From: a virus
Taxonomy: Duplodnaviria > Caudoviricetes
DNA length: 52,432 nt
Direction: 5' to 3' (one strand)
IMG/VR virus record: IMGVR_UViG_3300047586_000094
Coordinates: 1-52,432 of that record
Below are positions 18,448 through 28,200 of the stretch, piece after piece. A program made the translations under genes and the position numbers. Every line of letters begins with the position of its first letter. Position 1 is the stretch's first letter. Below the pieces are notes generated by a model. It saw nothing but the letters and a program-made list of their open reading frames with translations. It was not told the DNA's origin and did no database searches.

Positions 18448-18831
18448 ATGTTAATTATGAACACTCAACAATTTTGGAAAGGTCTTTTAATGACATTGGT
18501 AGCATTGTTTGTATCAATGTGGACAACAACAATTAATTGGGTTCTATTGGGGATTAATGTAGTAAGTACTATACTTACCTACTTTGGTAAGAATCTTATT
18601 CCCTGGCTTCATTCTGATTCACCTGCAGGACAATTAAGTTTAATCAATATTATCTCTGGTATATGTATTGCTCTAGGTACAGGTCTTCTAAATGGCCTTG
18701 GTCAGTATTTCCTTACTGATCATATTGTATGGGCATCTCTTGGTAAACTTGTTTTATCAGTAACATTTACTTATTTAGGTGGGACAATATTTCAGGGATC
18801 TTATAATAACAAAACATTAACTTTTAAATAA
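18448..18831 (+). CDS. holin-like multi-pass membrane protein
   Basis: 127 aa with about 4 hydrophobic helices. Confidence 0.55.
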   Translation: MLIMNTQQFWKGLLMTLVALFVSMWTTTINWVLLGINVVSTILTYFGKNLIPWLHSDSPAGQLSLINIISGICIALGTGLLNGLGQYFLTDHIVWASLGKLVLSVTFTYLGGTIFQGSYNNKTLTFK

Positions 18832-18832
18832 A

Positions 18833-19348
18833 TTGATTATGAAAAAGAGAATCGTTATTTTATTTGCATTTTTGCTTTCTGCCTTTAGTGCTATTCAGGC
18901 ACAGAGTCCGTGGTCAGGTTTCTTTAAACCAATCAATGCTAACATCTTCGAACAGAAACACCAAATGTTTACCAAGTCATCTTTGGGTAATCTGAAGTTG
19001 GCCGATACAGTAGTTGTTATGCCTTCGGCTTGGAAGTTTCATCCGGCAGTAGGTATAACTGGGTTTGAGCTTGAATTCAATAAAGCAGCAGCAAGAATCG
19101 AATCGTTACCACTTAGCTTATCGGGAGGTGTGGGTATTTCATACCTTTATTTTATTAATGATAATGGTGTGCCTTACAGTCCATTTGGAGCAAGTGCTTT
19201 TATATTTTTTGATGGGAATGGAGCATGTCTTGTAGGAACAATATCAGCCTTACAATATCTTAATTTTGGAGGAGGGTATAACTTTGCTACAAAGCATGGG
19301 TTGTTTATGATTGGACTTCAATATAATTTCAATCTGACCAATCTTTAA
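18833..19348 (+). CDS. secreted / outer-membrane beta-rich protein
   Basis: Signal peptide MKKRIVILFAFLLSAFSAIQA; amphipathic beta strands; C-terminal YNF. Confidence 0.55.
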   Translation: MIMKKRIVILFAFLLSAFSAIQAQSPWSGFFKPINANIFEQKHQMFTKSSLGNLKLADTVVVMPSAWKFHPAVGITGFELEFNKAAARIESLPLSLSGGVGISYLYFINDNGVPYSPFGASAFIFFDGNGACLVGTISALQYLNFGGGYNFATKHGLFMIGLQYNFNLTNL

Positions 19349-19380
19349 TAAATCTGATATAAAGTTAACAACAAAATAAA

Positions 19381-19833
19381 ATGACAGCAATAGTAGTATC
19401 GAATGGACAGGTCACTGTTGGTGGAGCAACTTACGCTTCACTTAAATTCAAAGCCAGCCTGGATGGTAATGGATTAATAACTATTCATAGCGACCCTGTG
19501 GGGAGTGAGGTTTTACTTTATGGTGCAGCAGCCGGTGATGTTACTCTAAACGGTACTACTTATACCAGCACATCTCAGTTTGTTGCTGACTTTAATACAG
19601 CTGTACAATCTGCTGATTTAGGGGTGAATGTTGCCGGGATGATAGCTTTAGGTAGTGTTGTCTTTGCGTGGGGTGTATCTTCAGCTAATAAAAAAAGCGA
19701 TGTTTTAAGTATTGGTAAGGATCAGACTGAAATGAAAGCCGACATTAAGAGTATTCAGGGTGCAGTTTCACTACAAAATCAGGCATGGACAAGATTTATG
19801 GCAAAGGATTCTTATGAAATATTTAAAAGATGA
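19381..19833 (+). CDS. hypothetical protein (beta-rich N-terminus plus TM/coiled-coil C-terminus)
   Basis: 150 aa ORF. Confidence 0.55.
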   Translation: MTAIVVSNGQVTVGGATYASLKFKASLDGNGLITIHSDPVGSEVLLYGAAAGDVTLNGTTYTSTSQFVADFNTAVQSADLGVNVAGMIALGSVVFAWGVSSANKKSDVLSIGKDQTEMKADIKSIQGAVSLQNQAWTRFMAKDSYEIFKR

Positions 19834-20000
19834 AATATATAATACATAAATCAAGTGATGGGCAATTCTACTTTATTTTAATAGCACGGAATGGTCAGGT
19901 AATTGCTACATCAGAAACTTACAAGACTAAACAGTCATGTAAGAAAGGGATTAAATCTGTTAGACGCAATGCATTTGCAAGAATAGTTGATTTAACGTGA
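19830..20000 (+). CDS. YegP/DUF1508 family protein
   Basis: Manual ORF of 56 aa, MKYIIHKSSDGQFYFILIARNGQVIATSETYKTKQSCKKGIKSV...; ATGA overlap. Confidence 0.85.
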   Translation: MKYIIHKSSDGQFYFILIARNGQVIATSETYKTKQSCKKGIKSVRRNAFARIVDLT

Positions 20001-20608
20001 AAATGGATATAGATATGGCAGCTAAACGCAAACCAGCCTCACCAAAAAAGAAGCTCCCAGTGAAAACGGTGTACATTCATAAGTGTTCTCAAAAGGAAGT
20101 GCTTGAGCAAATGAGTATAATATTGGTAGGTAATGGTCATCCAGAGGATGGTTTAGCATTCCGATTTGGGGAGTTTATGACGGATCATAAACGAGTACTT
20201 GAAAATATAGAGGAAATAAAGTTAAATGTATCAACAGCTATCAAGGCATCTATAACGGCAGCACATGCAATAGAAGAGTATAAAAGGCATGAAGAAGATA
20301 TCAGTGAAGGAAAGGAGGCTATAATAAAACTTGCAGAAAAATCAACAAAGGAAAAAAGGGAGAAGATAAGAACAACTCTTCAGTTAATGGCAACAATCAT
20401 TGGTATTATGATGTTTATTCTTGCATATATGAATATTATAAAACAGAGTACAACTAATGGTAAGAAGATTGATAATTTGGGTACACCGGTATTAATGAAT
20501 CCACGTGGGGCTGTTGAACCACTTCAAAAAGGAGAAGTTTTGAAGATGTATCCTAAAGATTTTACTGGTACAGATACTACAAATAAAGTCAATGGAACAC
20601 AAAAGTGA
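19997..20608 (+). CDS. membrane-anchored coiled-coil protein (lysis-associated candidate)
   Basis: Coiled coil followed by TM LQLMATIIGIMMFILAYM; start uncertain. Confidence 0.5.
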   Translation: MKMDIDMAAKRKPASPKKKLPVKTVYIHKCSQKEVLEQMSIILVGNGHPEDGLAFRFGEFMTDHKRVLENIEEIKLNVSTAIKASITAAHAIEEYKRHEEDISEGKEAIIKLAEKSTKEKREKIRTTLQLMATIIGIMMFILAYMNIIKQSTTNGKKIDNLGTPVLMNPRGAVEPLQKGEVLKMYPKDFTGTDTTNKVNGTQK

Positions 20609-20744
20609 ACATTTTGATCCTCCTCGATATCCTAAGCTCATATTGCCTATTGAAGAGGCAATGAAGATAGAATTTAAAGTCACTTGTAAAAAAATAATGA
20701 TTGATCTGACTAAACAATTAGTTAAGGAAATAAAAAGTAAATGA
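20592..20744 (+). CDS. small hypothetical protein
   Basis: Manual ORF of 50 aa, MEHKSEHFDPPRYPK...; ATGA-coupled to MuF. Confidence 0.55.
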   Translation: MEHKSEHFDPPRYPKLILPIEEAMKIEFKVTCKKIMIDLTKQLVKEIKSK

Positions 20745-21685
20745 TTTTAAGTCCTTCACAAATAGAAAAAATGCTCAATGTAATTAGCAAGAATGTCTTG
20801 CTTTACATTAGTATGAATCTTGGTGAAGCTGTTCTTTCTGAAGTTGATCGTACAACATTACTTGCAGCTGGAGTTGATCTTGCTGGATTAGGTAAATCTC
20901 TTCCACCTTATTTTAAAATGTATTTGCTTGGGCGACTCACTCAGACTATTGGAGAATATAATTCAGCCAGGTTGAAATATAAAGATTTTGAAGAGTATCT
21001 ACGTAAGGAACAATTTCAACCATTGACACCCTTTGAGGAAATTCAATATATGTTAGCCCGACATGCAACGTATGGTCACCTGAAGCATTTGGAACATCGG
21101 ATGAGAATTGACTCTGAAGGAGCACTTATGCAGGAGTTGACCCGAGCAGAATATGAAGGAGTCATTAAAGAGAAAATAGCAACTGGAGTACAACAAAGAA
21201 AATCAATTGGTGCTGTCATTTCAGATATTGGTCATTATACCGGAGATTGGGCAAAGGATTTAGGAAGAATTGTGGAAACTGAAATGAATAATATTTTTCA
21301 AAGGGGGAGGGCTGTTCAAATTGCTGAGAAGAATCGTGGGAAAGATCCATGGGTTTATAAAGATGTTTATGAAGGGGCTTGTCGTCATTGTATTGCTTTG
21401 TATTTAACACACGGGTTGGGATCAGAACCACGACTTTTTCGATTAAGTCAATTAATGGCTAATGGAACAAACATTGGTGTTCCTGTTGCTCGTTGGAAGG
21501 GTGTTATTGGAAGCACCCATCCCTGGTGCCGTTGCAACCTTAGGGAGCTGCCTGAGCATATGATTTGGAGTAAAGAGAAAAAACATTTTATTTTCGATGC
21601 AGAAGGATTACGACGGGCAGAGGCAGCTCTTGGATTGAAAGGAAAAATAAAAATCACAATCGGCGATGAAGTTATTGAGGTTTAA
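20741..21685 (+). CDS. MuF/SPP1 gp7-like minor head protein
   Basis: RIVETEM, ACRHC, HPWCRC motifs. Confidence 0.88.
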   Translation: MILSPSQIEKMLNVISKNVLLYISMNLGEAVLSEVDRTTLLAAGVDLAGLGKSLPPYFKMYLLGRLTQTIGEYNSARLKYKDFEEYLRKEQFQPLTPFEEIQYMLARHATYGHLKHLEHRMRIDSEGALMQELTRAEYEGVIKEKIATGVQQRKSIGAVISDIGHYTGDWAKDLGRIVETEMNNIFQRGRAVQIAEKNRGKDPWVYKDVYEGACRHCIALYLTHGLGSEPRLFRLSQLMANGTNIGVPVARWKGVIGSTHPWCRCNLRELPEHMIWSKEKKHFIFDAEGLRRAEAALGLKGKIKITIGDEVIEV

Positions 21686-21744
21686 TTATTAATTGAATTA
21701 CTTAACTTTACATAATATTTGATTATACTTAATAAGTACAAAAA

Positions 21745-22260
21745 ATGAATTCAGGGTGGGAACAGGAGATTGCAGCAAAAAACATGGAAAGAATTTTGTC
21801 AATTGCTTTCCAATTAAATGATGTTAACAACTTTGAAAAATCTATCACGGATAATTCTTCTCACTTGGAAGCAGAGAGAATTGAAAAGTCCGGTGGAGAA
21901 ATCAAAGAAAAACTTCAGACTGAACTAAATGCTATTTTGGTTGACAAGGATGCTTGCATTAAGAAAATGACCACATTGGTAGCAGGTATTGGTCAGATGC
22001 CAACGGGAAAGATTGATCGTGGACTCTTGAAAGGTTTTGAGAGCACAATCGAAGATATTCCCAGACAATACGAACATTCACAGATTTACTCTGGAGAAGA
22101 ACTTTCTAAAGCTGCATCGATGCGGGATTTTAATCTACTTGCCGGGACGTATGTCAAACGTTGCATCGAGGAAGTTAAACTCAAAACAACTATTGACAAC
22201 TTGCCAGATGAGATGATTGTTCCATTATCCAAAGTATTAGCTGATCAACTTGGCTTTTAA
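21745..22260 (+). CDS. putative processed head protein
   Basis: FEK|S, IEK|S, LSK|A sites; N-terminal WEQE resembles WEQD of 38767. Confidence 0.5.
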   Translation: MNSGWEQEIAAKNMERILSIAFQLNDVNNFEKSITDNSSHLEAERIEKSGGEIKEKLQTELNAILVDKDACIKKMTTLVAGIGQMPTGKIDRGLLKGFESTIEDIPRQYEHSQIYSGEELSKAASMRDFNLLAGTYVKRCIEEVKLKTTIDNLPDEMIVPLSKVLADQLGF

Positions 22261-22272
22261 TTTGTTATTAAA

Positions 22273-25050
22273 ATGATACAGAAACTCAGACGACTATTAG
22301 GCTGGGAAGGTTACGAAGAAGCTCTTCGTAATTTTTCTACAATAGTGGAAGAAAGTGAATTACTCAAGTCAGAGATTGATTTGATGGCTGCTGAATATAT
22401 TGGAGCTTCTAATGATCTTAGCAAGTGGCTATTGGATGAAAAAGAACCAGAGGTGCAGACATTGATCAAATCTCAACAGAGTGGTTTAACTTCCCGGTAC
22501 TTATCTTTTTTGAGTGACAAACAAAAAAGTTATAAGAAGTATGCAGCTGACAAGAAAGCATATATTCAAAAATACCCTGAGTTTGAAAAAGCATTGGCAG
22601 ATCTTAAGAAAAGTGATTTCCTGGAACAAACCCTGGAAAGATATCGTTCTTCTGAGTTGACTCTGGATGAAGCCACGACTATAATCAAAGCAGTTACAAA
22701 GGAGAAAGTCAATTACGCTGACAATATTGTGTTCAATCAAAATGGAGAAATTCTTATTGAACAACGTGGTCCCTTGGATACCACTGGTCCAAATCTTTGG
22801 TGTCTTCCCGGTGGTCATGTCAATATGGGTGAAGCTTATGAAGCAGCTGCAATGCGGGAGTTATGGGAAGAAACTGGATATCAGGTTGATGATATTTGGC
22901 AGGTAGGAGAACATGACGATGATAAATGTCACATACAATATTATACTTCAATGGTGGATACTGATGAGCAATCTCCTATTGTTGATGCCAATGAAACCAG
23001 AAATACAGCATTTGTCCCCGTTAGTAAACTCTACGATTATCCTACTATATTTAACATGTGGGATCGGGTGTATGAGATTTTAGGATTGGATGAAAATATA
23101 GTTCGGGTTAAGAAAGCTATTGCTGAAGGAATTATAAAAGGAGCATCTAAATTAATTGGTGATGCTCAGATTGATTCTATATTTAAAGGTTGTGGTGACG
23201 TTCCGGAAGGAAAGAAGAAAAAGAAAAAGAAGTTTAAAGAAGTGATGGATAAATGGAAGTCCGGAGCTTTACACAGTGGAAGTAAAGAAGGAGAGAAGGT
23301 AACTAGTCAAGCTCAAGCTCAAGCTATTGCTATTGCTATGAGTGAAACAGGACAGAGTAATCAGAAGGGTATTGAGGATGAGTTTGAAAAAGCACAAAAT
23401 AATGAAGATTTAAAAGATCTGGATGATGCAGGTATTCTTCGCACTGCTGTTACAGCTGAATTTGATGCAATAAACCTTTATGAACAGTTAGCAAAGAACG
23501 CTAAAGATGAAAAACTTAAAAAGCTTTTTGCAGATATTGTCAAAGAAGAAAAAACTCATGTTGGGGAGTTTGAAGCACTCCTGACGGAAGTTGATAAAGA
23601 ACAATCTCATGAATTAAAGTCCGGAGAAAAAGAAGAGAAAAAGGTAGAAATTGAAAAGGCTGAATTTATCAGAACAAAATGGCCTGAAGGAACAACAGAA
23701 TTTGAGAAAGCACGGACACTTGGACATTTGATTCCAAAGAAAGTTCAAGTCAAAGATAAATCAGGAAAAGTCCATCTGGCTATTCGCTGGGTCAATCCAA
23801 ATTCAGGAGAATCAGAACATTTTGCATCCGGGATGAAAGAAAACAAAAGAATTACCGGTGCAACAATTGAAGATATTGTAGCTGGTATTGTCGATAGTGA
23901 TTTATCCAGGGCAGATAAAGTCAGGAATTTAATTGATTGTGGAGTTTATGATCCTAAACTACTTACTTTATTGACTGGGGAAACTTATCCACAAAAGGCG
24001 TTACAACAAGCAGATATAAATTTAAAGGACTTACCTGATAATTCAGAAGCGATTGTCACAGAGGTTCGGAAAGAGCAGGGAGTTACTGACACTCCAGAAG
24101 GTCGGGAAGCAAGTATGTTAATGAGAGATCCGGCAGACATAGCAGTTTTATGGGCAAAATACAAATTGAATATAAAAACCGTTCTTAAAGGCAATCATAA
24201 ACTTTGTGTTGCTTATGGAACAGGTGGTGTTGGAAAAACATGGAATTGTATGAATGTAGTTGAGAATTTTAGTCCTCCCGGAGAAGAAGGTTTTAAGTTG
24301 AGACGTTTTAATAAGGAGATACAACCAGATCATGATCAATATGATTATGTAGTTGTAAAAGGAAGGATTTCAGTCGTACAAGTATATGCTGAGATGTATC
24401 GTCATCGGGATAAGATTATTATATTTGATGATTGTGATTCATTTATGAAAGAACAGGATGTACAAGGCTTTCTTAAAGGTGGATTGGATACAGGAAAAGA
24501 TTGTGAGATATCTAATTTGACAGGAAGAGCTATATATAATATTCAAGGTGATCCTGACTCAGGACAGATTCCAGATACGTTCAAATTCAAGGGTGGTGTC
24601 ATTTGTATTACAAACTTGGAATTAGGAGATATTAAAGAAAAGGCAATTCTTACTCGTGCATTGCTTAATAACTTATCAATGATAACAGATGAAACCCTGC
24701 GAATGATTGCAGAGTTTAAAGATACAATGGAAATATATTCTGCAGATAAAGCAACCGTTGTTTTTGTCAGTCAGGAAAATAGAGATCTTGCTTTTAATAT
24801 GTTAACAGAACAAAAAGATAGTTTATCTGGTGGGGATGTCAATGGCAGGATGTATAGTAATATGGCTTTACAAGCACAAGAAGCAGATGATGACGGTATT
24901 GATCAAGCAACAAAAGTAAAAATGGTTCAATTATATATTGATAGTGTTGCTGATAAGTTTACTAAACAAATGAGAGCAGCAGCATTACAAACAAAAATGA
25001 ATCAGATATATAATCAAAAAATACAATCACAACAAGCAAAATCAAGATAA
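22273..25050 (+). CDS. polyvalent protein 1: Nudix + DUF6496-like + ferritin-like + AAA ATPase
   Basis: Nudix box GGHVNMGEAYEAAAMRELWEETG; KWKSGALHSGS..AIAIAMSE; AEFDAINLYEQ..EEKTHVGEF; Walker A GTGGVGKT and Walker B IIFDD. Confidence 0.85.
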   Translation: MIQKLRRLLGWEGYEEALRNFSTIVEESELLKSEIDLMAAEYIGASNDLSKWLLDEKEPEVQTLIKSQQSGLTSRYLSFLSDKQKSYKKYAADKKAYIQKYPEFEKALADLKKSDFLEQTLERYRSSELTLDEATTIIKAVTKEKVNYADNIVFNQNGEILIEQRGPLDTTGPNLWCLPGGHVNMGEAYEAAAMRELWEETGYQVDDIWQVGEHDDDKCHIQYYTSMVDTDEQSPIVDANETRNTAFVPVSKLYDYPTIFNMWDRVYEILGLDENIVRVKKAIAEGIIKGASKLIGDAQIDSIFKGCGDVPEGKKKKKKKFKEVMDKWKSGALHSGSKEGEKVTSQAQAQAIAIAMSETGQSNQKGIEDEFEKAQNNEDLKDLDDAGILRTAVTAEFDAINLYEQLAKNAKDEKLKKLFADIVKEEKTHVGEFEALLTEVDKEQSHELKSGEKEEKKVEIEKAEFIRTKWPEGTTEFEKARTLGHLIPKKVQVKDKSGKVHLAIRWVNPNSGESEHFASGMKENKRITGATIEDIVAGIVDSDLSRADKVRNLIDCGVYDPKLLTLLTGETYPQKALQQADINLKDLPDNSEAIVTEVRKEQGVTDTPEGREASMLMRDPADIAVLWAKYKLNIKTVLKGNHKLCVAYGTGGVGKTWNCMNVVENFSPPGEEGFKLRRFNKEIQPDHDQYDYVVVKGRISVVQVYAEMYRHRDKIIIFDDCDSFMKEQDVQGFLKGGLDTGKDCEISNLTGRAIYNIQGDPDSGQIPDTFKFKGGVICITNLELGDIKEKAILTRALLNNLSMITDETLRMIAEFKDTMEIYSADKATVVFVSQENRDLAFNMLTEQKDSLSGGDVNGRMYSNMALQAQEADDDGIDQATKVKMVQLYIDSVADKFTKQMRAAALQTKMNQIYNQKIQSQQAKSR

Positions 25051-25051
25051 T

Positions 25052-25216
25052 ATGGCAAACGCTAATAATGAGAAAGAATTAGATCTTGACGATTTTACTT
25101 TGGAGGATCTTGAGTTAATGTATCGGGTAGAATTGTATAATGACATTGATTCACCTTTTGCCGTCAGTTTAATGAATGAAATTGTCAGAAGAAAAGAAAT
25201 TTTAGAAGTAGCATAA
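25052..25216 (+). CDS. small acidic protein (candidate immunity/partner)
   Basis: Manual ORF of 54 aa, MANANNEKELDLDDFTLEDLELMYRVEL...EVA*; fills the gap exactly, TAATG-coupled. Confidence 0.65.
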   Translation: MANANNEKELDLDDFTLEDLELMYRVELYNDIDSPFAVSLMNEIVRRKEILEVA

Positions 25217-28200
25217 TGGCTAGAGAGTGTCCAGTTGGGACAATTCATATTTGGGGAGATGCTCGTGGGGAAGGTACTGAAATGATTAAAGCTCACGATC
25301 CTGTACAGCCATACAGCTCGGGCTGGGTGCCTCTAAGGACTACTCCCAGATTTGATCAGGTTGGAAGAGAGTGTGATGCTTATGGACGAGATATCCTCAG
25401 TCATAAGCTTCCAATTGATGGAGAAAAGTTCTTAGATCATGAAATAGATGAATTTGGAGAAAAAGAAGGAGGTGATTTTTTCAGATCTGGTGAGTTCAAA
25501 AAGTTTGAAGGTTGGCATGATTCTGGTCGGTATGCTTTTCGTAATCAGTTTTCTAAGTTGTATATGGATAATATTATGCGACTGGATGAAGAGGTTGCCA
25601 GGGCAGTATATGATGCTAATGCAGCACTTGGATTAGATCCAAAAGAAGATCACCTATCAGCAGAAGAAAAGAAAGAAGTACGAGCTGAAATACGAGCAAG
25701 GTTCAAATCGAATCCGGACACAATAGATGAAGAGAAAGTTCTGAGATTACTTGAGATTATTAAAAAAACTAAGGAACAGATTGAAATTGGATTGGATTTT
25801 AAAGATCCTCTACAAAAGAAAGCCTACGAAGATTTCCGGATTATTGTGGATGCTTTACCAGAGACATATGAGTTAATATCTGAAAAACGAAAACTCCGGC
25901 TTAAAGCCGTTGATTTGATGGAGGATATGTTTCCTGATAACTGGGGTGTTCGGGAATCATGTAAAGATTATGCTCAAAAGAAATTCGATGAGTATGTCAG
26001 AAAATATGCTGATAGAATTTCTAAAGATAGTCTGGAAGAACAGCTCAAGATGTTTGGTGTTACAATAGATATGGAACCAGATGAGTTCTATAGTAAGATT
26101 TATGCTAAGGCTGTAAATACAAATTATGATTATCTGGAGAAGTATGTTGGAAAAGAAATTCGATTTGCCGGACATGATGTTCGTTATAAAGTCATAAAAG
26201 AAAATGGTCAACTTTATTATGTGGATCAAAATGGATATAAATACCTTTTAATTGCAGCTTTAAAGAATAATGAATATCATTTATCTCCGGAGTATGATGA
26301 GTTTGGTGGAGGATTCAAGGATTTGGTTTACCTTAGATTCATGAAGCGTTATGGTAAATCAATTGAAGGGGAATGGACATTGGAACAATTACCAGCTATT
26401 CACAACCTGGAGAATTTAGCTAATGAGTTACCAGATGGACAATTTAAAACAAATGAAGAGTTATACCTCATTACCAATAAAAGTTATGCTGGTGGAGATC
26501 ATGGTGGTTATGCTTGGTATAATCGTGGTGAAAGACGTATAAATTTAAGTGCTCAATGTATTGCCAGAGCAACAGTTTGGGGAGTATTACAAAATCCATC
26601 AGAGTTTAAGTCTGTATTATTACATGAAATAGGACACTCAATAGATGCAAAAATTAATGGGACAGCTACATATGATTATAAGAAATTCGTGGTGGATTGT
26701 GGTTGGACATATCAATCAAAGGAGTTACGAGCAGGAATGTCAGCAACCGGGAATCAGAAAGATATTCTACGAACTGGATCTAATGCTTCTACAACTTTAA
26801 TAACTGACTACGCTCATAAGTCTCCCAGTGAAGCATTCGCAGAATATTATTCATTTTATAATCTGAATAAAAAACATTTTGATAAATATTTTGAAACTGG
26901 AGATACACAATATTTACAAACAGATAGTAAGATAATTGCCAAGAGTGTTTCTTCAGAACAGAAGATTAAACAGATGCTTGGTACCAGAATAATTAAACCG
27001 GGAGATGATCATGAATATGAATTAAAGCATGAGAGACCTAAAAGAGTCAATGTTCCAGAAGGACAACCACAACCTCCACCACCTCCCGTTCCAACTATAG
27101 GAGCACAACAAGTGTTGAAAACATATAATGAAGTTACTCAGGCTTTATCTGACCGTGGACAGGATCATCAAATAACATTGACCAATCCTTGGTCAATGAA
27201 ACTTAGTATAGAGGAGCAAGCAAAGTTTAATCCTAAACGTGTTAAAGAACGTAAAGGGTTTTCAATTAATTCCATGCCACCTCTTGTAGTTGTAAAAAAT
27301 GGAGCAACTCGTGTGGTTATTGATGGTGGGGTCCGGATGGAAGTAGCAAGAATGAATAAACAATTGGCTCCTTGTATTGAGATATCAAAAGAAGAATATT
27401 ATAATTGTCGGGATCGTGGAATGGATGATCGTCAAATTTCTGATTGTGTTTATACGAAGCATGCCGATGATTGGGTTCCAAAACAAATTGCACCTGCTGT
27501 CCGGGTAAGTGGTTTAATTTATAGGGATGAGTTGGTTCCATTGGATGTTATTTTAGACAATCATGATGGAATAAAAACAATGAAAGATCTTTGTGAATCA
27601 AAAACTTTACAGAAAGCAATCGAGGAGTTATTTGGTGATATAGACGATGGGTTTAATAAAGCAATACAAAGAGGCAAACTCTATCCCAAAAAAGTACAGG
27701 TCAAAGGGAAAGATGGTAAAACTCATACAGCTATTCGTTGGGTTAAAATACAAGAGGAAGAGAAACCAGTCACTCCGGAGAAAAAAGAAAAGAAAACTTT
27801 TATAAGTGATCCAAAAAAATCTGTTATTCTTAGTCAATTAAAAGGAATGCTTCAATTGAATCTTTCTGATCAACAGAAAGAATATATGGAGTGGAAGCTT
27901 AAGCATGCCAAGTTAATTTCAACATTTACACATACGGATGAGATTAGACAACAATATCCAGCAATTGATCGTTTTTTAAAACATTTCAAACCAGTAGTGA
28001 AAGAATGCTATCGAAATGCTTCCCGAATGGCTGTTGACGTTCCAGGGATTGAGTATGTGGAAGGTTCCATTTCTTTGAGGGATTTACCTATAGAAATTGA
28101 ACATGCTTGGAATAAAGTAGGAGATCAATATTTTGATATTATGTCTGATAATTGCTGGGATGAACGTTCCATGCCTACGTCTGAATATGTTTCTTTTGTG

